DNA from: Coraliomargaritaceae bacterium
GTDB taxonomy: Bacteria > Verrucomicrobiota > Verrucomicrobiia > Opitutales > Coraliomargaritaceae
DNA length: 47,712 bases
Direction of reading: 5' to 3'
Assembly (NCBI GenBank): GCA_965656495.1
Contig: CBFHKU010000012.1
Location: forward strand, 1-47,712
Shown here: piece after piece, positions 1 to 11,679 of the stretch
Position numbering within the stretch: position 1 is the first letter of the stretch
Layout of the letters: every line of letters starts with the position of its first letter
Program-made: the position numbers and the translations under genes
The notes under the pieces: generated by a model
What the model was told of the DNA's origin: nothing
The model's input: the letters and a program-made list of their open reading frames with translations, nothing else
The model's database searches: none

Positions 1-1323
1 GGTCGCAAAGTGACCGGTCGAGTCGGGCAGGGCAGCGGATTTGATTTTTACGGACTGCGCGAATCCGGCGCGAGCGGTTACGCCCTCAAGGCGGCGCTCA
101 AATTGACGCAGGAAACCTATCGCCTCGCCAACACCCAGGAGCACTGGTCGATGGAGGGCCGCGCGATTGTGCGCGAGGGCAATACCGATTATTACAAGAA
201 GAAGCCTGACTTCGTGCAAAAGATGGGGGTCGAGTCGCACGCGCCCGCCAATTACGGAAAGTACAAGGACAAGTCGCTTCAGGAAAAATCCCTTGAGAAT
301 TACCGGGGCAACTCCGCCTACGTGCACCCGAAGTTCAACGCTCCCGATCCCAATGTTAAAGTCTGGAAGGGGCACGAGGACAAATACCCCCAACCGCAAC
401 AATGGGGGATGTCGATTGATCTTAACAGTTGCACCGGCTGTGCCGCTTGCGTGGTCGCCTGTCAAAGCGAGAACAATATTCCAATCGTAGGCAAGGACCA
501 GACCCTCCGCGGGCGCGAGATGCACTGGATGCGGATCGACCGTTACTTCTCTGCGCCGGAATATGATCAGACCAGTGTGCCGGAAGAGGTACAAGTCTCC
601 TTCATGGGGATGCTCTGTCAGCACTGCGAAAACGCCCCTTGTGAGAGTGTTTGCCCCGTGAACGCCACCGTCCACGACCGCACCGGTCTCAACGTGATGG
701 CTTACAACCGCTGTGTCGGCACCCGTTACTGCGCTAACAATTGCCCCTACAAGGTGCGCCGCTTTAATTTCTTCGATTGGAACAAGCGCCAAATCGGTGA
801 TTTCTACAAGGGCCCCTTCGGTAAAGTGGATGTTCCCGAACTGGAGAAAATGCAGAAGAACCCCAACGTCACGGTCCGCATGCGCGGGGTGATGGAAAAG
901 TGCACCTTCTGCGTCCAACGCATTGAGTCTGCCAAGATCGCGCAAAAACGCGTGGCGGGCGCGAGCGACGATATTCGCGTGAAGGACGGCGCCATCAAGA
1001 CCGCCTGTGAACAGGTCTGCCCGACTGACGCGATTGTCTTTGGTGATATTTCCGATCCGGATTCCGAGGTTTCAAAACTCAAGGACAGCGACCGCGATTA
1101 CTCGGTACTGGGGTATTTGAACAATCGCCCCCGCACAACCTACCTCGCCCGTCTCCGCAATCCCAACAAACGCATGCCGGATTACTACGACAAGCCCTTC
1201 GCCTACTCGCAATACGACGAGCGTTACGGGCACGGCAGCGTTGCCGGTCACGGTGATTCCCACCACGACCACGGCGCGGACGCCGATCATTCGCACGCCC
1301 ACGGAACCCACGAAGCGCACTAA
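1..1323 (+). CDS. actB: Alternative complex III Fe-S subunit ActB (5'-truncated by window), His-rich C-terminal tail
   Basis: Frame open from base 1. Fe-S motifs [41 protein letters not shown]...[18 protein letters not shown] and [10 protein letters not shown] typical of ActB; followed by an NrfD-like gene. Confidence 0.93.
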   Translation, partial: GRKVTGRVGQGSGFDFYGLRESGASGYALKAALKLTQETYRLANTQEHWSMEGRAIVREGNTDYYKKKPDFVQKMGVESHAPANYGKYKDKSLQEKSLENYRGNSAYVHPKFNAPDPNVKVWKGHEDKYPQPQQWGMSIDLNSCTGCAACVVACQSENNIPIVGKDQTLRGREMHWMRIDRYFSAPEYDQTSVPEEVQVSFMGMLCQHCENAPCESVCPVNATVHDRTGLNVMAYNRCVGTRYCANNCPYKVRRFNFFDWNKRQIGDFYKGPFGKVDVPELEKMQKNPNVTVRMRGVMEKCTFCVQRIESAKIAQKRVAGASDDIRVKDGAIKTACEQVCPTDAIVFGDISDPDSEVSKLKDSDRDYSVLGYLNNRPRTTYLARLRNPNKRMPDYYDKPFAYSQYDERYGHGSVAGHGDSHHDHGADADHSHAHGTHEAH

Positions 1324-1344
1324 TTTCAAACAACACGAGCAACA

Positions 1345-2843
<1,499 letters not shown>

Positions 2844-2844
<1 letters not shown>

Positions 2845-3374
2845 TGCCAAAGACGCACGCCATCATTGCCAGTTTCCCAGATACGCCGAGCTTCTACCAC
2901 GCCGCCGAAAAGGTGCGCGATGCCGGTTACAAGAAATGGGACACCTATTCCTCCTTCCCGGTACACGGGATGCCCGCCGCTCAGGGACAACCCCGTTCCA
3001 AGGTGCCGATCTTTACCTTCTGTGGCGGCATTACCGGGTTCTCCATCGGGCTCTCGATCGTTTGGTTCATGAACTTTTTCGACTATCCGCTCATAGTGGG
3101 GGGCAAGCCCTTCTTCAGTCCGGTTTTCCCGTTCCCCATCATGTATGAGCTGACCATCCTCCTCTCGGCCTTCGGGACGCTAGGCGGTATGTTTATCACC
3201 AACCTCCTGCCGCAACACCACAATCCGTTCTTCGAAAGCGACACCTTCCTTGAAGTCGCGGGCGATCGCTTGATCATCGCCATTGAAGCGCGCGATTCAA
3301 AGTTCGACGCGCAGAACACCCGTCAATTCCTGGAGTCCATCGGCGGCACCGATATCGAAGAAATCACTGCCTAG
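2844..3374 (+). CDS. actD: ACIII subunit ActD
   Basis: [25 protein letters not shown] motifs; two TM helices; TAATG overlap with actC. Confidence 0.9.
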
Positions 3375-3383
3375 ATTTTCGCC

Positions 3384-4037
3384 ATGCGTATTTTCCTTCT
3401 CATCTTTACCTTCATCGTTTTCGCGGTGGTTTCGATCCTCGGTTTCCGCGGGTCGCTCAGTAAGAACACTCCCATCGAGGTCTTTCCCGACATGGATCGC
3501 CAGGCGAAATACAAACCGCAGGCGGAAAACGGATTTTTTGCGGACGGTCGCAATGATCGTCCACTGCCCGCACAAACTGTTGCACGCGGCAATTACCTGA
3601 ATCAGCAAGCGGTCTTTAGCTCCGAGTTTGCTGATTCCAAGCTCGGTGACATGGCCTACAACCTCGGCAAAAATCCGGACGGCAGCTTTGTCAAAAAAAT
3701 CCCGATTGAGGCGACGAATGAATTGATGAAAATAGGGGAGGAACGCTACTCGATTTTCTGCGCGGCGTGCCACGGCGCGGCGGGTGACGGCAACGGCGTG
3801 ACCAAGCCCTATGGCGTCCTGGCGGCGACCTACCACGACAACCGCCTGCGCTCGGTTGAGGATGGCTATATCTTCGACGTCATCACCAACGGCAAGGGCC
3901 TTATGTATGGTCTCAAGGACCGCCTCTCTCCGCGTGAACGCTGGGCCTCCATTCTTTACGTCCGTGCCCTCCAGCAATCACAAAACGCCTCGGTCGAGGT
4001 GCTCAACCCCGCCCAGCGCACTGAACTAGGATTTTAA
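3384..4037 (+). CDS. actE: ACIII monoheme cytochrome c ActE
   Basis: PDMDRQAKYKPQ motif, single CAACH, distal Met in GKGLM; operon position. Confidence 0.9.
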   Translation: MRIFLLIFTFIVFAVVSILGFRGSLSKNTPIEVFPDMDRQAKYKPQAENGFFADGRNDRPLPAQTVARGNYLNQQAVFSSEFADSKLGDMAYNLGKNPDGSFVKKIPIEATNELMKIGEERYSIFCAACHGAAGDGNGVTKPYGVLAATYHDNRLRSVEDGYIFDVITNGKGLMYGLKDRLSPRERWASILYVRALQQSQNASVEVLNPAQRTELGF

Positions 4038-4039
4038 TA

Positions 4040-5290
4040 ATGAATACCGACGGATCACAGGCTTATGGCAAAAAGGTCGGCTCGATCGCCCTCCTAATCG
4101 GTCTCCTTTTCACCGCGCTCGCCGGTTATGGTTTCTATCAAGGCTGGCAAACGGGGGATGCGCGTCCCTTGATGAGTTGGTTGATCGGGGTCGCTTTCTG
4201 GATGTCGATTGCGATCGGGATGCTGTTTATAACGCAAATCTGGCACGTTTTCCACGCGCGGTGGCCCACTATCATTCGCCGTCAGTGCGAGCACGGCTTC
4301 AGCGCCTTCCCCATTCTGTTTGTCCTGTTCATTCCGCTCCTGCTGGTGCCTTTTTTGCACGAGAACCCGGGCCTCCTCTGGAAGTGGATGAATGGAGTGA
4401 ATGAATTGCCCGGTCACGGAACGGTCGGGGAGGATCCCATCTTTACCTGGAAGCAGCCCTATCTGAATATCGGATTCTTCACGGCGCGCGCGGTGGGGGT
4501 TTTCGCGACCTTTATCCTGCTCGCGGGTCTCCTCCGCAAATGGTCCTTCGATACCGACACAAGCGGCGATATCAACAACACCCACAAAGCGCGGCGCCTT
4601 TCCTCTATCGGGCTCTTTATTTGTGCGGGTGCCGCCACCATCGGTGCAATCGACTGGTTCAAGTCCCTCGAATACCACTGGTTCTCCACCATGTATGGGG
4701 TGTGGTTCTTTGCGGCCTCGATGCGTGCAGCCCTCGCCACCATTCTCATCCTTTCCGTGATTCTCGCAGCGCGCGGTTACCTGCAGGGTATTCTCAAACA
4801 GTCGCACCGTTATGACATCGGCTGTATGATGCTGGCATTTACGGTCTTCTGGGCCTACATCAGTTTCTCCCAGTATTTCCTGGTCTATAACGCCAACATT
4901 CCCGAGGAAACCTTCTGGTACAACATCCGTGAGAAAAATGGCTGGTGGCCCATCAGTATGTGCCTGATCTTCGGTCACTTCCTCATCCCTTTCCTCATCC
5001 TCCTCTGGTATAAGACCAAGGTCGTCATCTGGCGCAGCGTCGCCATCTCTTCCTGGATTCTGGTCTTTCACACCATCGATCTCTATTGGAATATCGTCCC
5101 CGGTAAGATTCCCGCCGACAACGCCTACGGTTATACCGTGCGTCCCTTTACGGTGGAAATCTTTGATATTGCCGCCATTATCGGCTTCGGCGGTTTGTGC
5201 ATCTGGGGTTTCTGCCGTAGTATGAACAAGGCCGAGCCAATCCCGGTACGTGATCCAAATATTGAAAATTCACTTAACTACATTGAGTAA
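4040..5290 (+). CDS. actF: ACIII membrane subunit ActF
   Basis: KQPYLN..FF..R, DWFKSLEYHWFSTMYG, FWAYISFSQYFLVYNANIPEETFWY motifs. Confidence 0.9.
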   Translation: MNTDGSQAYGKKVGSIALLIGLLFTALAGYGFYQGWQTGDARPLMSWLIGVAFWMSIAIGMLFITQIWHVFHARWPTIIRRQCEHGFSAFPILFVLFIPLLLVPFLHENPGLLWKWMNGVNELPGHGTVGEDPIFTWKQPYLNIGFFTARAVGVFATFILLAGLLRKWSFDTDTSGDINNTHKARRLSSIGLFICAGAATIGAIDWFKSLEYHWFSTMYGVWFFAASMRAALATILILSVILAARGYLQGILKQSHRYDIGCMMLAFTVFWAYISFSQYFLVYNANIPEETFWYNIREKNGWWPISMCLIFGHFLIPFLILLWYKTKVVIWRSVAISSWILVFHTIDLYWNIVPGKIPADNAYGYTVRPFTVEIFDIAAIIGFGGLCIWGFCRSMNKAEPIPVRDPNIENSLNYIE

Positions 5291-5297
5291 TTCCACG

Positions 5298-5660
5298 ATG
5301 TCGTCTTCAACACCCGCATTTCTAAATCGCAGTTTCACCTTCATTGGTGCGCTGGGCGCGATCCTCATCTTCGCGGTTATCATTTACATCGCCTATTTGC
5401 CCAACCGTGCCGACCGGGTCGATGCCGCAGTGGTCGCCGAGCGCCAAGCGAAGGCCGACGAAGCCCGCGCCGCCGGCATCGCAAAGCTGAATGCCTTCGC
5501 GGTGGTGGATAAAGAGGCGGGCACCGTCCGCATCCCAATCGAGCTTGCCAAAGATTTGACCCTTAATAACTATACTGCAGACGAAAGCCAAAGCGTCGAA
5601 GCACCTGCCGAGGCACCTGCCGAAGTACCTGCTGAGGCCCCAAACCAAGTGCTTGAGTAA
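5298..5660 (+). CDS. Single-TM small protein, probable ActG-like ACIII accessory subunit
   Basis: ATG at 5298, 7 nt after actF stop; one TM; VVDKEAGTVRIPIELA resembles the ActG C-terminal motif; acidic EAPA-repeat tail. Confidence 0.6.
   Translation: MSSSTPAFLNRSFTFIGALGAILIFAVIIYIAYLPNRADRVDAAVVAERQAKADEARAAGIAKLNAFAVVDKEAGTVRIPIELAKDLTLNNYTADESQSVEAPAEAPAEVPAEAPNQVLE
5597..5641 (+). repeat. 12-bp in-frame tandem repeat encoding EAPA-EAPA-EVPA-EAP
   Basis: cgaagcacctgc/cgaggcacctgc/cgaagtacctgc/tgaggcccc. Confidence 0.7.
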
Positions 5661-5854
5661 TGCCAGTTGAAAATTATCTCGAACTTTTGCCAATCATCCT
5701 GCTGGGAATCTTCTTCTTCGCAGTCACGGCTTACATGCTCTATTGGGCGGCCAATCGAGGCTATTTCCGCAACATGGACGCGCAGTCCAAGGTTATCTTT
5801 ACCGAGGAAGAACCGGAAGGGGAGCTTTCGGATTCCTTCCCGAATAAACGTTGA
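5660..5854 (+). CDS. Small membrane protein, CcoS-like cbb3 oxidase assembly factor
   Basis: 64 aa, one TM then WAANRGYFRNMD, resembling the CcoS WA..GQF.D motif; directly precedes ccoN. Confidence 0.6.
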   Translation: MPVENYLELLPIILLGIFFFAVTAYMLYWAANRGYFRNMDAQSKVIFTEEEPEGELSDSFPNKR

Positions 5855-5862
5855 ATTTGAAT

Positions 5863-7341
5863 ATGAGCGACAGCACTGAACATACCGCCGGTCCGGTCAT
5901 TCCCTACACCACGAATGATCCCGCTATTCGGGCAGAGTTGAGCGAAATCGACCGTTCAATCCGCACCGCATCGGTGTTTTTCATCGTCTCGGCGGTGGGA
6001 TGGCTGATCCTCGGCACGATCTTTGCCCTCATTGCGGCGATCAAACTGCACGAACCCAGTTTCGCAGCGGGCACTGAATACAGCACCTTCGGGCGCATGC
6101 GCGCCGCCCACCTCAATTCCATGTCGCTCGGTTTCGGCAACAACATGATCTTTGGGGTCTGCCTCTGGATTATGGCGCGCCTTTGCCGTGCGCCAATCCG
6201 TCACGGCGGGCTCCTCCTCATCGCCGGCGCCTTCTGGAATATCGGCCTCACGGTTGGAATCGGGGGCCTCATCAAGGGCGACATCACTTCGGTCGAATGG
6301 CTTGAGATCCCGAGCTACGCCACGCCGCTGCTCGCGATTTCCTACATCCTTGTCGGAATCTGGGGCGTCATGGCATTCCGTTTTCGCAAGGGAGATCACG
6401 TCTATGTTTCCCAATGGTATTTCCTTGGCGCGCTCTTCTGGTTCCCCTGGCTCTACGTGATTGCGCAGATCATGATCATTTGGGCTCCGGCGCAGGGTGT
6501 GGTGCAATCGATTACCAACTGGTGGTTCGCACACAACGTTCTCGGGCTCTGGCTCACCCCGATGGCACTCGGCACCGCCTATTATTTGATCCCCAAAGTG
6601 CTGGGGCGCCCGATTTATTCCTACTACCTCTCGGTCCTCGGATTCTGGTCGCTCGCGCTTTTCTACAACTGGGCGGGGGTGCACCACCTTATTGGCGGCC
6701 CCGTCCCGGTCTGGCTCATTTCTGCCGGTATCGTGGCCTCGGTCATGATGGTCATTCCGGTTGTGGTGGTCGCGATCAATCACCACATGACGGTCGTGGG
6801 TCTACACCGTGAGGGCTGGCGCAGCCCCACTATGCGTTTTGTCGTCTTCGGCGCTATTAACTACACCTTCGTCAGTCTCATCGGTTCCGCGATGGCTTTG
6901 CGCGACGTCAATCTCGTGACGCACTTCACGCACTTCACGGTCGGGCACGCCCACCATGGAGCCTACGGCTTCTTTGCGATGATCCTTTTCGGTGGGGTTT
7001 ACTACATGATGCCGCGCCTCCTGTATCGTGAATGGCCCTCCGCCCTCCTTATTAAAATCCATTTCTGGGGCAGCGCCCTCGGCATCCTGCTGATGGTTTT
7101 CGCGCTCCAGATTGGCGGCTGGATTCAAGGCCTCCAAATGAACAATCCCGAGATCGCCTTCCTCGACGTCGTACAAAATACGATGCCCTGGCTCAAGGCG
7201 CGTTCCGTCTCGGGTTTCCTCCTGCTGGTTGCCCATATCGCATTCGCCGTTAATTTCTTCTGGATGCTCTTCGCCGCCGGAAAGATTAAAACCAAGGACA
7301 CTCCCACCTTATTTAACGCTAAAGAGGAGGGCGCCGCCTGA
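5863..7341 (+). CDS. ccoN: cbb3-type (C-family) heme-copper oxidase subunit I
   Basis: [29 protein letters not shown] (helix VII Tyr plus CuB His pair), [10 protein letters not shown] 5863 preferred over TTG 5851. Confidence 0.93.
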   Translation: MSDSTEHTAGPVIPYTTNDPAIRAELSEIDRSIRTASVFFIVSAVGWLILGTIFALIAAIKLHEPSFAAGTEYSTFGRMRAAHLNSMSLGFGNNMIFGVCLWIMARLCRAPIRHGGLLLIAGAFWNIGLTVGIGGLIKGDITSVEWLEIPSYATPLLAISYILVGIWGVMAFRFRKGDHVYVSQWYFLGALFWFPWLYVIAQIMIIWAPAQGVVQSITNWWFAHNVLGLWLTPMALGTAYYLIPKVLGRPIYSYYLSVLGFWSLALFYNWAGVHHLIGGPVPVWLISAGIVASVMMVIPVVVVAINHHMTVVGLHREGWRSPTMRFVVFGAINYTFVSLIGSAMALRDVNLVTHFTHFTVGHAHHGAYGFFAMILFGGVYYMMPRLLYREWPSALLIKIHFWGSALGILLMVFALQIGGWIQGLQMNNPEIAFLDVVQNTMPWLKARSVSGFLLLVAHIAFAVNFFWMLFAAGKIKTKDTPTLFNAKEEGAA

Positions 7342-8012
7342 TGAAAAGTCTCCCACTTCTATTTCTCGGCATCTTTTTTATGCTGGCTTTCTCCTTCACC
7401 GGGATCGTCCTCACCAGTCACGTCCAGTTCGGGTCGCTTGAACAAACCACCGAAAGCCTTGAGGCGGACGAAAATGGAAACCCCGTCATGCCGGAGGGTG
7501 AAACCCTCTATCCGCTTGTCGAAGGGGGCGTTGCGCTGCAGGGCAAGGAAGTCTATATCTCAATGGGCTGTATCTATTGCCACAGTCAGCAATCCCGCCG
7601 CGAATCCTTCGGCGCAGACGTCGCCCGTGGTTGGGCACAACGCGCCACCGTTCCGCGTGACTACATTTCCCAAAGCCGCGTCCTGCTTGGCACGATGCGT
7701 ACCGGTCCGGACCTCGTGAATGTCGGAGGCCGCCTGCAGGGTGACGGAGGCCGCGAGTGGCACCACAAGCACCTCTACAACCCGCAGATCACCTCCCAGG
7801 GCTCCAACATGCCTCCCTTTGCCTTTCTCTATAAAGTACAAGCAATCGACGGCGCGCCCTCCGCCGACGCGGTTGCGATCCCGGCGGACTCGCCCTATGC
7901 CCCGCCCGCCGGTTATGAAATCATACCCACCCGCCGCGCCAAAGCACTGGTGGAATATCTGCTCAGCCTCAAAATCGATTACAGTCTTCCCGAAGCACCC
8001 ATCCTGGACTAA
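7341..8012 (+). CDS. ccoO: cbb3 oxidase monoheme subunit II
   Basis: [32 protein letters not shown]...SNMP. Confidence 0.92.
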   Translation: MKSLPLLFLGIFFMLAFSFTGIVLTSHVQFGSLEQTTESLEADENGNPVMPEGETLYPLVEGGVALQGKEVYISMGCIYCHSQQSRRESFGADVARGWAQRATVPRDYISQSRVLLGTMRTGPDLVNVGGRLQGDGGREWHHKHLYNPQITSQGSNMPPFAFLYKVQAIDGAPSADAVAIPADSPYAPPAGYEIIPTRRAKALVEYLLSLKIDYSLPEAPILD

Positions 8013-8695
8013 TGAGCGACGATACCACATCACAGGATTCCACCTCGAGCAGCGGATTTGAAAAAGCCGCGATGCAGGACACCGATATGCAGGCGATTCA
8101 CGCCCCGCAGCTCAAGCGCGAACGCGTTGAGCCGCACGAACGGCAATCGCCCATCCCCATCAGTCTGCTCACCATGATTTCCCTCCTCGCATTTTGGGGC
8201 GGTTACTATTTCTCAAACTACTCACAGGACTTCCGCTGGGACGCGTATGATCCCGACGCCAAGGGTGGTGCGGGTGAAGTGGTGATAGAAGAAAAACCCC
8301 TTGCCGAAGTCGGCGCGCGGATCTTCCGCGGTCAATGCGTGGCCTGTCACCAGACCACCGGTCTCGGGGTTGCCGGAGCCTTTCCTCCCTTGGTTGAATC
8401 CGAATGGGTCATTGGCAACGAAGAACGCCTCGCGCGCATCCTGATCAACGGCCTCAATGGCCCAATCGAAGTGCTCGGTGCTACCTACAACGGCAACATG
8501 CCCGCCTTCGGACCCAACGGTCTCAACCTCAAGCCGAAACAAATTGCGGCAGTCCTGACCTACATTCGTCAGGAATGGGGCAATAGCGCCCCCGAAGTCA
8601 GCGTTGAGGCGCTCGAAGGCTACCATGCCAAATACGGTTCCCGTACCGAACCCTGGACCGCCGAGGAACTCCTCGCCGATTTTCCAATGGAATAG
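8012..8695 (+). CDS. Membrane-anchored monoheme cytochrome c in ccoP position
   Basis: One TM, single [30 protein letters not shown]. Confidence 0.8.
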   Translation: MSDDTTSQDSTSSSGFEKAAMQDTDMQAIHAPQLKRERVEPHERQSPIPISLLTMISLLAFWGGYYFSNYSQDFRWDAYDPDAKGGAGEVVIEEKPLAEVGARIFRGQCVACHQTTGLGVAGAFPPLVESEWVIGNEERLARILINGLNGPIEVLGATYNGNMPAFGPNGLNLKPKQIAAVLTYIRQEWGNSAPEVSVEALEGYHAKYGSRTEPWTAEELLADFPME

Positions 8696-8728
8696 CCTCA
8701 GCCTCGGGTGTAGCCGACCGGGATTGGG

Positions 8729-9667
8729 CTAGCGCTTGAACCGGCGCCAGAGCCTCAGACTCGCCAGCAGGCCAATGATGAGCGCGTAGGTCGCGGGTTC
8801 AGGCACCACCGTATATCCGATGTCCTCCAACGATCTGAGGCTCGTCTCACTGAGGTAGGCGCTCCCGCTCAGGACCCCCGTCATCAGTTCGTCGTCCAGG
8901 GATTCGCCGGCATTCTCGCCCGCGGTAACAATCGGTGCCGCCGAACCATCTCCAGGATCCGAGTCATAGCCGGGTTGATTTTCCACCCTGAAATTATCAG
9001 TCACCTCATTCCAATGCGCGTGCGTGGTGCCAACGCCGCCGTCCAGTTCAACCGGGATATAGTCGGCATCGGGGTCGTATTCATTCCGGTAGGCCGCCAG
9101 CGCGGAAGCCCCTATGTATTGACCCGGGGTGCCGCCGCTCAAAACCCGTTCGTAGGGCGAACCGTTTACCGTGTAGTAATAGTTGTTGTCCGGGTTGCCG
9201 TCGTTGTAGACTTCGTTCGCTTCCCAAAGGATGCCGATCCCAAGGGCGTGCCCAATTTCATGCCGAATCGTATTGGCATTCAATCCCAATGAACCCGCAT
9301 CGGGGTGGGTGTTGAATTGCGCCACCCCCGAGCTGGAATAAATGAAACGGCCATGCGAATAACTTGAGCCCGCTACGAAATTCGACAAAGCAAGCCCGCC
9401 TGCGCCCGCGCTACCCAATATAATCCCGCCGTTTTCTGCCGGCTGCGAGAACGTGTCCACCGTCAAGACCCAACCCCGCGTCACCCCGTCCTGATAGCCC
9501 GTGATCCGCGACTGCCAGAAATTCAAGCCATCCAAAAAATACGATTGCTGCAAGGCACTCAGCTCACTGCTCGCATTCGCCGTGAATTGCACCGACATGT
9601 TGATCGCCGCCGGTAGTGGGCCAAGCATACTGACAAGCAGTAGTAGAGTGGTATAAAAACGTCTCAA
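8729..9667 (-). CDS. Secreted PEP-CTERM zinc metallopeptidase-like protein (leishmanolysin/M8-like motif order)
   Basis: Signal peptide; HEIGHALG, HAHWNE, ELMTG; C-terminal VPEPATYALIIGLLASLRLWRRFKR; TTG start uncertain. Confidence 0.8.
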   Translation of the reverse strand: MRRFYTTLLLLVSMLGPLPAAINMSVQFTANASSELSALQQSYFLDGLNFWQSRITGYQDGVTRGWVLTVDTFSQPAENGGIILGSAGAGGLALSNFVAGSSYSHGRFIYSSSGVAQFNTHPDAGSLGLNANTIRHEIGHALGIGILWEANEVYNDGNPDNNYYYTVNGSPYERVLSGGTPGQYIGASALAAYRNEYDPDADYIPVELDGGVGTTHAHWNEVTDNFRVENQPGYDSDPGDGSAAPIVTAGENAGESLDDELMTGVLSGSAYLSETSLRSLEDIGYTVVPEPATYALIIGLLASLRLWRRFKR

Positions 9668-9769
9668 TGATGTAAAATAGGGTAATCACTGTATATAAAC
9701 AGATTTTCGGCGTTTGTTCCAATAATATTGTATAATTTAGCAAGTATTGGACGTTGAAGGGGGATAGGG

Positions 9770-9901
9770 AACACCGAACATCGAACGTTGATGGAGTTGT
9801 TCGTTGAAGGTTGTTGGTTGGGATTACCTAAATCTTATTCTTAATCCTAATCTTAATCTTAATCTTAGGAACGTCTGAACGTTCAACTAACAATTTCCAA
9901 C
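9770..9901. repeat. Short-period repeat block: 7-mers (aacatcg/aacgttg) and six AATCTT-type hexamers (9831-9866)
   Basis: aacaccg aacatcg aacgttg at 9770; aatctt attctt aatcct aatctt aatctt aatctt at 9831; gaacgttc aactaac aatttcc aac at 9877. Confidence 0.8.
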
Positions 9902-9907
9902 CCCAGA

Positions 9908-10087
9908 GCGCTGCCCTGAGGCCAGCTTGGCTGGCGACCGCTGATAGTCGCTTATTTTCGCTCATCCTTAAAACTAAACTATTAGTGTTTATAAGCGAGG
10001 ATTAGCGGTTTCCTGCTGTGCCGGATTCTGTAACGCGGAGCAACAGAGATTGCATCACGTGGAAGCGGCAATCCTGCCGCTTTGCTT
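9908..10087. repeat. Copy 1 of ~180-bp structured direct repeat
   Basis: Aligns ungapped to 11467-11646 (offset 1559) with about 16 mismatches by hand count. Confidence 0.95.
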
Positions 10088-10166
10088 GTACGGCTTGGGT
10101 TGAAAAGCGACAGGAGTGTCGCTTCTACGTGCGGTTGCTGAAAAGCGACAGGAGTTTTGCTTCTAC
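10059..10166. repeat. Cluster of three REP-like palindromes (GTGG/GTAG family), one forward and two reverse
   Basis: GTGG-aagcggca-atcc-tgccgctt at 10059-10083 (+); GTAG-aagcgaca-ctcc-tgtcgctt on - strand at 10103-10128; degenerate copy at 10141-10166. Confidence 0.8.
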
Positions 10167-10233
10167 GTAAGCAATCAGGCCAACCACCAACGGCGCAAAT
10201 CGTTGAGGGGGATTAAGTTTAAGATTAAGGCGA

Positions 10234-11223
10234 CTAGATAAAGTATTTGATATAGGCTCTCTCGCGGAGGTCTTCGAGCCAGCGTTCCTGGTTTTCGCGG
10301 GCGATTTCTCCGGTGAGGATGTTTTCGATGATGTCGCGGACTTCACTGAGGGGTTGAATGCTCTCGTCGCGTTTTTCTTCGCAGTAGAGGATGAAGGTGG
10401 TTTGTCCAAGGGTGAGGGGTTGGGTGTATTCGCCGGGTTGCAGGGCGAAGGCGGGGGTGCTGAGTTCTTGTCGGATGTCGGCTTTTTTGATCCAGCCCCA
10501 GTCGCCGCCCTTGCGGGAACGGTTGTCGGTGCTGTATTGGCGGGCGAGGTCGCCGAAGTTACTGCCGGCGTCGAGGGCCTGCATGATCTCGGTGGTGGTG
10601 GCTTGGAGGTCGGCGGGGACTTGTCCGGCGGCGGGGGTCAGGATGATCTGACGCAAATGCATGGCGGCTTCTTGATAGAAACGGATTTTGTTTTCGAGGT
10701 AGAAATCCTGAATACGTTCCGGGCTGACTTCGGTTTCGGATTTGCGGTTTTGTTGTCGCATGACGTTCACTGCGACGCGTTCGTAGATTTGTTTGCGGTA
10801 ATCGCGGGGGGTCTCGCCTCGGGCTTTGAGGTAACGGATGAATTTGCCTCGGTCGCCGTCGAAGTCAGTGGCGATGACGTCATTGTATTCCTGATCGATG
10901 TAGGATTGGGGGATCATGAGGCCTTTGTCCTTGGCGGCTTTAACGATGATGATGCGGTCAATTTTGTTTTGGATGATTTGCCGGCTCATTTGCTCGAGGC
11001 GTTTATTGAATTCCTCGGGGTTTTTGGATTCGAGTCGGATGCGTGGGATAATGGGTTCGAGCTCGTTGCGGACTTCCTCGAGGGTGATGATTTGACCTTC
11101 AGCGATGGCGGCGATGCTGTTGCCGAGTCGGCTGATGGAGCGGTCTTCTTCCTGGGCGGAGAGGGTGGCGGCGCAGAGGAGGGCGCTGCAGGCGAGGAAG
11201 AGGCGGTGAAGGTGCTGGAACAT
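10234..11223 (-). CDS. SurA/PpiC-type periplasmic peptidyl-prolyl isomerase chaperone
   Basis: Signal peptide; SurA-like N domain ([15 protein letters not shown]); parvulin motif [19 protein letters not shown]; downstream of mfd. Confidence 0.85.
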   Translation of the reverse strand: MFQHLHRLFLACSALLCAATLSAQEEDRSISRLGNSIAAIAEGQIITLEEVRNELEPIIPRIRLESKNPEEFNKRLEQMSRQIIQNKIDRIIIVKAAKDKGLMIPQSYIDQEYNDVIATDFDGDRGKFIRYLKARGETPRDYRKQIYERVAVNVMRQQNRKSETEVSPERIQDFYLENKIRFYQEAAMHLRQIILTPAAGQVPADLQATTTEIMQALDAGSNFGDLARQYSTDNRSRKGGDWGWIKKADIRQELSTPAFALQPGEYTQPLTLGQTTFILYCEEKRDESIQPLSEVRDIIENILTGEIARENQERWLEDLRERAYIKYFI

Positions 11224-11323
11224 AACGGTCGCGGTTTGTGGAGGATTTGAAATAGTATTATGAGTCTTTAAAGCATGGGGCGAGCGGTCAAGAGGGAAGC
11301 TGCGCGGCGCGCGCCGCGCCGCG

Positions 11324-11458
11324 AATATTGAACGTTGAACATCGAACGTTGAAGGTGGGACTATTTGGTGGGAAAGTGGGAAAGTTCGAAAGTGGTAAGG
11401 TTGGGGGTGGAAAGGTGGAAGTTCAGCGTTCGATGTTCGAAGTTCGATGTTGGACGTT
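11324..11458. repeat. Inverted 7-mer arrays enclosing an 8-mer (GTGGGAAA) array
   Basis: aatattg aacgttg aacatcg aacgttg (11324-11351); gtgggaaa gtgggaaa gttcgaaa gtggtaag (11368-11399); gttcagc gttcgat gttcgaa gttcgat gttggac (11421-11455). Confidence 0.8.
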
Positions 11459-11466
11459 TTTCCGGT

Positions 11467-11646
11467 GCTCTGACCTGATGCCAGCTTAGCTGGCGACCGC
11501 TGATAGGCGCTTATTTTCGCTAATCCTTATAACAAAAATATTTGTGTTTATAAGCGAGAATTAGCGGTTTCCGGCTGAGCCGGATTCTGTAACGCAGAGG
11601 AACAGAGATTGTATCACGTGGAAGCGGCAATCCTGCCGCTTTGCTT
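11467..11646. repeat. Copy 2 of ~180-bp structured direct repeat
   Basis: Same orientation as 9908-10087; hairpins gccagc-tta-gctggc and tccggc-tga-gccgga. Confidence 0.95.
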
Positions 11647-11679
11647 TTTGCTGAAAAGCGACAGGAGTGTCGCTTCTAC
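11618..11679. repeat. Inverted REP doublet (REPIN/BIME-like)
   Basis: GTGG-aagcggcaatcctgccgctt (+, 11618-11642) facing GTAG-aagcgacactcctgtcgctt (-, 11654-11679). Confidence 0.8.

Noticed and set aside
9690..9698. DnaA-box-like TGTATATAA near the skew switch (also TGTTTATAA in both repeat copies)
   Set aside because: Isolated one-mismatch hits in AT-rich DNA; no cluster, so not enough to call oriC.
10059..10166. CRISPR-like repeat-spacer pattern
   Set aside because: Units are in mixed orientation with 12-19 nt gaps and no cas genes; fits REP elements.
11474..11500. Hammerhead-like CTGA-stem-GA at the start of the 180-bp repeat
   Set aside because: Core needs CUGANGA-stem-GAAA; here it is CTGAN-stem-GACC in both copies.
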